Below are positions 58,768-64,000 of a stretch of DNA of 64,000 bases, piece by piece; positions within the stretch are counted from its first letter, which is position 1; every line of letters begins with the position of its first letter. The notes beneath the pieces were generated by a model. The model worked only from the letters and a program-made list of their open reading frames with translations, did not search any database and had not been told where the DNA came from. The position numbers and the translations under genes were made by a program. Source of the DNA: Nitrososphaerota archaeon (lineage in GTDB: Archaea > Thermoproteota > Nitrososphaeria > Nitrososphaerales > Nitrososphaeraceae); NCBI GenBank assembly GCA_005877075.1, contig VBPX01000030.1:9227-73226 (forward strand), read 5' to 3'.

Positions 58768-60129
58768 TTATTTCTTAATATTTCTGTGTCTCCTTTCGCT
58801 GGTTAACGTTTCTGCAGTACCGCTGGAAACAATTTCAATTAATTTTGCTTCACTATTATCATCTTTTGGTCTGAGTAACCGTCCCAACCTCTGGATAAAC
58901 TCTCTGCTGCTACCTGTCCCACTTACCAATATTCCCAATTGGGCATCAGGAACATCTATGCCTTCGTCTAGTACTTTTGAGGTAACAATTGCTTTGTATC
59001 TACCATCTTTAAAACCGTCAAGAACATCTTCCCTTTCCTCTTTAGAAGATTTATGTGTAATAAAAGGAATAAGAAAATCATTAGATATTTCATATACTTG
59101 TTTGTTATGCTGTGTAAATATTATTGTCTTGACATCTTTGTTTTCACCTAAAATATTCCTAATTTCGTCCATTTTAGATCTGCTATTTAGGGCTATATCT
59201 GTTGCATTATTTCTTGCTACAAGCGCACGTCTAGCCACACTGTTATTAGATGACATCATTATCAATCGCTTGAATGCATTACTAGAATACAATTGCAAGC
59301 CAATTTTTTTCAAACATGTGTAATATGTTGTCATATATTCCTTATATTTCGAATGTTCATCTGATGACATGAAGATTTTTCTTCTTTCAATGTTATAGTT
59401 TGCAAGGTACTTGTTGTCGGCTAACTCTCTTGCCGTAATCTGAAATGTGGATTTTCCGATTAAATATGGAAAATCTTCTTCTAAGTGATCTTCACGTTGT
59501 ATAGTAGCAGTAAGCCCTAATCTAAAGGGCGCCACAAATGTTTCTGCAATTAGTCGATACGAGGGTGCCGGTAAATGATGTACTTCGTCAAATACTATCA
59601 ACAAAAATTTGTTTCCAATCCATGGTGCCTTAATATATGCAGAATCGTAAGTTGATACAGTAATAGGTTGAATGTTTTCAATTCCCCCACCGATACTTCC
59701 TATTTCAATATCAAAATTTCGTGAAAGTATCTTAGTCCACTGTTTTATAAGATCAATCGTAGGAACAATAATTAGAGTCGGTGAATTAACAATTTCAATA
59801 ATTTTCAATCCTATTAATGTTTTGCCCGCACCTGTAGGTAATACGATGGATCCCATTTTTTCTGAAGACCAGCTTTCAATAGCTTCAAGTTGATAATCTC
59901 GTAGCTCAACCTTAATCTTAGGAAGGTCTCTGAGAGGTAACAAGTCTAAAACCTTATCATCATATTCTATCTTCTGCCCATCGAGATATTGAGTTATTTT
60001 TTTATAGTTTATACCCTTAGAATACAAGTACTTTGTCCTAGAATCTAGAGTAGCAAAAGGTAAACTATCTAAACCCTTTACCACAATTATTCCTTTTTGA
60101 TATTCAAGTGTAACTGATTTAACGGTCAA
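58768..60129 (-). CDS. xpb: XPB/Rad25-type DNA helicase
   Basis: 453 aa with N-terminal DRD-like domain, LRDYQLEAIESW, LPTGAGKTLIG, FDEVHHLPA, LGLTATIQREDHLE (RED motif) and QRLGRLLR. Confidence 0.85.
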   Translation of the reverse strand: MTVKSVTLEYQKGIIVVKGLDSLPFATLDSRTKYLYSKGINYKKITQYLDGQKIEYDDKVLDLLPLRDLPKIKVELRDYQLEAIESWSSEKMGSIVLPTGAGKTLIGLKIIEIVNSPTLIIVPTIDLIKQWTKILSRNFDIEIGSIGGGIENIQPITVSTYDSAYIKAPWIGNKFLLIVFDEVHHLPAPSYRLIAETFVAPFRLGLTATIQREDHLEEDFPYLIGKSTFQITARELADNKYLANYNIERRKIFMSSDEHSKYKEYMTTYYTCLKKIGLQLYSSNAFKRLIMMSSNNSVARRALVARNNATDIALNSRSKMDEIRNILGENKDVKTIIFTQHNKQVYEISNDFLIPFITHKSSKEEREDVLDGFKDGRYKAIVTSKVLDEGIDVPDAQLGILVSGTGSSREFIQRLGRLLRPKDDNSEAKLIEIVSSGTAETLTSERRHRNIKK

Positions 60130-60303
60130 TTAATTTTTTTGGTAAGTAATCATTTTTAAATTATATCAAATATGAAATCGAAACTTCCGTCCAATATTTT
60201 TCTGATATACTTGAGGATAAATTATTCGTTTGTTGTAAAATAATTCAATAATTGTAACAAAAAATAAGATTTTTTATGCTGGGGTTCGTTAATTATAGCT
60301 CAT

Positions 60304-60564
60304 TCAAATCCACATAGAAATATAATTACTAAACACTGTCGTTCTTTGGGCCACATCAATTTCGATATTGACTTTTTCATGGAGGGTATCGCTTGATTCT
60401 ATCATGTCTATATCATTGGCAAGTTCATTCTTGTTTTGACTCATTCTAATTTTTTTATCATTTTCTGTATTCTTTCTGACACCGCTTCCAAAAGCCTTGA
60501 AAATATCTCTCAATTCATTCCTTAGATTTGATTGATTTTCCAACTGATTTATTTTGAAGCTCAT
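60304..60564 (-). CDS. Hypothetical protein
   Basis: 86-aa charged ORF. No family recognised. Confidence 0.3.
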   Translation of the reverse strand: MSFKINQLENQSNLRNELRDIFKAFGSGVRKNTENDKKIRMSQNKNELANDIDMIESSDTLHEKVNIEIDVAQRTTVFSNYISMWI

Positions 60565-60692
60565 TCTATTATTAATTATTTTTTATATTAATAATAGACA
60601 ATAGTTAAAACAATTTGTCAAAAAAAGTAATGAAATTAAATTAGTTCAACTATTCTTTAAAATATGAACAGATAATGTTGAACCCAAATCTC

Positions 60693-60756
60693 AGAGTGAA
60701 TTTGATGAGACAAAAATGAACAGCAGAGTGAATTTGATGAGACAAAAATGAACAGC
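60693..60756. repeat. 32-bp perfect tandem duplication (agagtgaatttgatgagacaaaaatgaacagc x2)
   Basis: Read directly in the sequence, in the spacer upstream of the uracil-DNA glycosylase gene. Confidence 0.9.
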
Positions 60757-60847
60757 AATAAAATAAATAAACTATTAAAAAAATGATTTTCTTGATACAA
60801 AGTATCATAATATATGTAAGCTTTATACTAAAAATAATAATACATAG

Positions 60848-61423
60848 TTGATTGAGATGTATAAGGATTCTATTGACAGAATTAAAGTTGAAGTTATCAA
60901 CTGTAAGTTATGTAACTTGTGTGTGAATAGAAGAAATGCAGTTCCTGGTGAAGGTAATTCTAATGCAAGTATCATGTTTATTGGAGAAGCTCCAGGAAGA
61001 AATGAAGATGAGAGAGGTAAACCATTTGTCGGATCCGCAGGGAAAATTCTTGATGAAACCTTGGAAAAAGTAGGAATAGTTAGATCAAGGATTTTTGTAA
61101 CGAATATCGTAAAATGTAGGCCTCCAGGCAATAGAGTACCAACCGAACTTGAACGGCATGTTTGTAAAAATTACCTTGAAAGGGAAATTTCAATTATTTC
61201 CCCAAAAATAATTTGCATATTGGGTAGAACTGCCTTTGAATCTCTGCTTGGTGGTGGATCCATACTTGGAAGTCGTGGCAAATTCATTGAAAAGGACAAT
61301 AGACTCTACTTTCTTACCATACACCCGGCAGCTATTATCTACAATAATAAACTTCGAAGCGCACTGGAGAAGGACATGCTAACATTGTTTATGGAGTGTA
61401 AACGATTAGACATTCCTATTTAG
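60848..61423 (+). CDS. udg: Uracil-DNA glycosylase, family 4 (Fe-S type)
   Basis: 191 aa with CKLCNLC, VPGEGNSNASIMFIGEAPGRNEDERGKPFVGSAGKIL, NIVKCRPPGNR and HPAA. Confidence 0.9.
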   Translation: MIEMYKDSIDRIKVEVINCKLCNLCVNRRNAVPGEGNSNASIMFIGEAPGRNEDERGKPFVGSAGKILDETLEKVGIVRSRIFVTNIVKCRPPGNRVPTELERHVCKNYLEREISIISPKIICILGRTAFESLLGGGSILGSRGKFIEKDNRLYFLTIHPAAIIYNNKLRSALEKDMLTLFMECKRLDIPI

Positions 61424-61454
61424 TAGTTAAAACTAAATATGTTCTACTTTAAAA

Positions 61455-61892
61455 CTATGACAAATTCTCAGCTCTGGCTTTTAGTGCTTTGTTCATTTCA
61501 TCAAAACTCTCTCTGAGATCTTCATCCAGCTTGTTTCCAATCAGTCTTACACCCAGACCTTTGAATATTTCTTCGTGCAAGAATGAAACTTTGTTGTCTT
61601 CTGATTTTTCAATAATAAATATGCGTTCACCATCAAATATACCTGGCAATATTGATCTGCCCTTCCATCTAAGTTCCTTATTTAATTCATATTTGGTTAT
61701 TATTGGATTGTATGTTCTTTTTTTTCCTTCGATGGTTTGAATTTGAACCTCAATTTTAGCTCCTAATTTGGGTTCCCCAACTATCTTTATCATAAAGGGA
61801 TTCCATTTTTCATATTCATTAAAATTGGTAAGAATGTCCCAAATTTTTTCAGGAGTAGAATCCATTATTATACTCGTCTTTATACTCTTCAA
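61455..61892 (-). CDS. SRPBCC (START/polyketide cyclase-like) domain protein
   Basis: 145 aa. TPEKIWDILTNFNEYEKWNPFM with the following beta-rich body fits the SRPBCC pattern. Confidence 0.7.
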   Translation of the reverse strand: MKSIKTSIIMDSTPEKIWDILTNFNEYEKWNPFMIKIVGEPKLGAKIEVQIQTIEGKKRTYNPIITKYELNKELRWKGRSILPGIFDGERIFIIEKSEDNKVSFLHEEIFKGLGVRLIGNKLDEDLRESFDEMNKALKARAENLS

Positions 61893-62125
61893 ATAATATA
61901 ATGATCTTTGATTCCTAATAATGAATCTTTTGTTAAATGAGTTATTGATTTTGCAATTATTTGAAATTGCTTACCAGTTGACTCTGATCATCGATTTTAT
62001 CGGTTTGACTCAAACACAAAATACTATCACCATCAAATTAGAGTGAGTACATATCAATTTTGATTGAAACTAATTAATTAAAGGTAATCTATTTCATATT
62101 GTGATTTTTCGAAGAGGATCGATAG

Positions 62126-62521
62126 ATGGAAATAATTTGTGATACGAGTTTTATCATAGCATTAGTTTCAAACCCTGTCAAATGTGTAGATAAAATAGAG
62201 AGTGAAGTTGGCAATTTAGAATTTATTGTTCCGACTTTTGTACTTGATGAGCTTCTTTCTATCAAAAGAAAATCCGGCCCCAAAAAATCTATGATAGCAG
62301 ATACTGCCATGCGTATCTCGAAAATGAAATTTGAAATCAAAGATATTGGAAAATCCAAAAACGTGGACAATGATATTCTTGAATATGTCAGCAAGAACAG
62401 AAAATTTGCTGTAGCTACGTTAGATAATAAATTACTAAACAGATTGATTATGGCTGACGTAATTACAATTACGTTATCTAAGAACAAAATGATAATAGCA
62501 AATCGGTATTTTAAAGAGTAG
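62126..62521 (+). CDS. PIN domain protein (Fcf1/Utp24-like)
   Basis: 131 aa with N-terminal IICDTSFIIAL (acidic residue 1), LDEL, and VATLDNKLLNRL typical of Fcf1-type PIN domains. Confidence 0.7.
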   Translation: MEIICDTSFIIALVSNPVKCVDKIESEVGNLEFIVPTFVLDELLSIKRKSGPKKSMIADTAMRISKMKFEIKDIGKSKNVDNDILEYVSKNRKFAVATLDNKLLNRLIMADVITITLSKNKMIIANRYFKE

Positions 62522-62553
62522 CTTTAAATCGCCAATCTATTTCTTATTAGGCA

Positions 62554-63207
62554 ATGTTTGAGTACAATAAGATCAGTATAACTTGGACTGGTCATGCTGG
62601 ATTCAAGATTTCATATGATAATAAGAATGTGTATATTGATCCTTATAAATTGAGCAAAAAATATGAAAACATCTTTGATGCCGACTATGTACTTATAACT
62701 CACAACCATTTTGATCATTTATCAATTGAAGATTTGAATAATATCATTAATGAAAGAACAGTTATTGTTTCTGCGCAAGAGTGTCTATCACTATTAAAAC
62801 CATTAAAAGTTAAAGAGTCAATTGGCATTGATCCTCGCAATAGCATGAAAGTAGCTGATTTTTTAATAGAAACAATCCCAGCATATAACGTTAACAAGGA
62901 TTTTCATCCGAAAAACGACAAGAAAGTCGGATTCATAATTGAATTTGGTAATAATCGAATATATCACACCGGGGATTCTGATCTCATTTCAGAAATGAAT
63001 GATACAACTCCTACCATAGTACTAATACCTGTTTCCGGAACTTATGTCATGACTGCAGAGGAAGCATCAAAGGCAGTCAATGAATTAATTAAACCAAAAA
63101 TTGCAATTCCCATGCATTATGGTACAATTGTAGGTAATAAAGAAGATGCAATACGATTCTCAGAACTGGTCACAGTATGTAAAACAGAGATATTAGAGTC
63201 GGAATAG
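62554..63207 (+). CDS. Metallo-beta-lactamase fold hydrolase (UPF0173-like)
   Basis: 217 aa with ITWTGHAGFKI, ITHNHFDHL, YHTGDSD and PMHYGT. Confidence 0.8.
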   Translation: MFEYNKISITWTGHAGFKISYDNKNVYIDPYKLSKKYENIFDADYVLITHNHFDHLSIEDLNNIINERTVIVSAQECLSLLKPLKVKESIGIDPRNSMKVADFLIETIPAYNVNKDFHPKNDKKVGFIIEFGNNRIYHTGDSDLISEMNDTTPTIVLIPVSGTYVMTAEEASKAVNELIKPKIAIPMHYGTIVGNKEDAIRFSELVTVCKTEILESE

Positions 63208-63492
63208 ACCAAATTATTTGGAACGGAAATCAAAACTTATATACGATCTCTTTTTCTAATATCATTGAAAATGGCAGCAAAAAAGAAATCGAAGTCTGCT
63301 AAAAAAGGATCCAAATCAAAAAGGTAATAAATTCGCAGTCACTGTTTCCTATTAATTCCCCCCTTCTTTTGTTATAAATCAAATAACAAAAATTTTTCAA
63401 CGAATAGTTTTAGTAAATGTAATTCTTAAAAAAATGAGTTAGCCCATCATTTCCAGTACGTTAAAAAATGAGTAAAATCAAGAAGCATTGTT

Positions 63493-64000
63493 ATGTTATC
63501 TGGTGATCAGGTTTTGTTTCATGTTGGGCCGTACAATTTTAGAACACGGCATCTATTAGTTCTGGCAGTATTAGTTATTGCATTTACAACGGCTTTCATA
63601 ATGCGTTCTTTTCCAATCAAATATGGTTTTTATCTGAATGAATTTGATCCTTATTTTGATTATAGAGCAACAAAGTATATCGTAGATAATGGCCTGGATG
63701 CATATTTGAAGTGGCATGATGATAAGTCATGGTATCCTGATGGTCGAAATATACCAAAGACCTCACAGGTGGGACTACATATCACATCAGCTTTTCTTTA
63801 CAAGATATTTGGAGGAAATAGTTCTGTTCTAGATTTTACAATTGTATTACCAGTTGTAGTGGGATCATTAACCACGATTGTTACTTTTGCATTGGTAAGA
63901 TCATTGGGTGGAACTACAGCGGGACTGTTTTCTGCATTACTAATTGCTTTCACTCCAGCCATCATTCAGCGTGGAAATTTAGGATGGTTCAAATCTGAAC
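63493..64000 (+). CDS. aglB: Oligosaccharyltransferase AglB/STT3, N-terminal part (3' end beyond window)
   Basis: From ATG 63493 the frame is open to the window end. Hand translation shows TM helices and FDPYFDYRATKYI...WHDDKSWYPDGRNI, the DxD-like first loop of STT3/AglB. Confidence 0.8.
   Translation, partial: MLSGDQVLFHVGPYNFRTRHLLVLAVLVIAFTTAFIMRSFPIKYGFYLNEFDPYFDYRATKYIVDNGLDAYLKWHDDKSWYPDGRNIPKTSQVGLHITSAFLYKIFGGNSSVLDFTIVLPVVVGSLTTIVTFALVRSLGGTTAGLFSALLIAFTPAIIQRGNLGWFKSE

Noticed and set aside
58760-59323. 187-aa plus-strand ORF
   Set aside because: It lies entirely antisense to the well-supported XPB helicase gene, and the translation is Leu/Ser-rich with no motifs.
60823-61131. 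102-aa minus-strand ORF
   Set aside because: It is antisense to the family 4 uracil-DNA glycosylase gene.
62089-62487. 132-aa minus-strand ORF
   Set aside because: It is antisense to the PIN-domain gene, which has the better-defined domain signature.

Overview
The window is a strongly AT-rich archaeal chromosome segment. Its gene content matches an ammonia-oxidising member of Nitrososphaeria (Thaumarchaeota): an Amt ammonium transporter, a Rieske/cytochrome b/plastocyanin-like operon, a two-domain multicopper oxidase, Thi4, F420 ligase CofE, a cobalamin nucleotide-loop operon, and the archaeal exosome superoperon (L37Ae-Rrp42-Rrp41-Rrp4-SBDS plus Pcc1 and prefoldin beta). The long AT-rich spacers and a sugar-type ABC importer suggest a soil-type lineage with a large genome, but that is inference only. 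All product calls come from motif recognition by eye on the supplied translations, with no database search. I recognised about 75 protein-coding genes. Many are translationally coupled (4-11 nt overlaps) and many use TTG or GTG starts. I found no rRNA, tRNA, CRISPR array, transposase or integrase. Items worth a second look: (1) an HpnH/SPASM-like radical SAM gene placed divergently from a FixABCX-type electron-transfer-flavoprotein operon whose FixC and FixX are fused; (2) a CobQ-like ATPase lacking its glutamine amidotransferase half, wedged between CobD and CbiB; (3) a coupled Cld/HemQ-like - DUF1802-like - aldo/keto reductase operon; (4) a two-domain multicopper oxidase with permuted copper-motif order, inside an island of orphan secreted proteins; (5) convergent XPB-type helicase paralogues with no Bax1; (6) four independent reading-frame, start or stop anomalies in otherwise conserved genes (Walker-A nonsense codon in the ABC ATPase, T10 frameshift in an archaemetzincin-like gene, L37Ae without a canonical start, prefoldin beta N-terminus split between frames); (7) several perfect internal or tandem repeats. 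None of these can be confirmed as novel without database and read-level checks.
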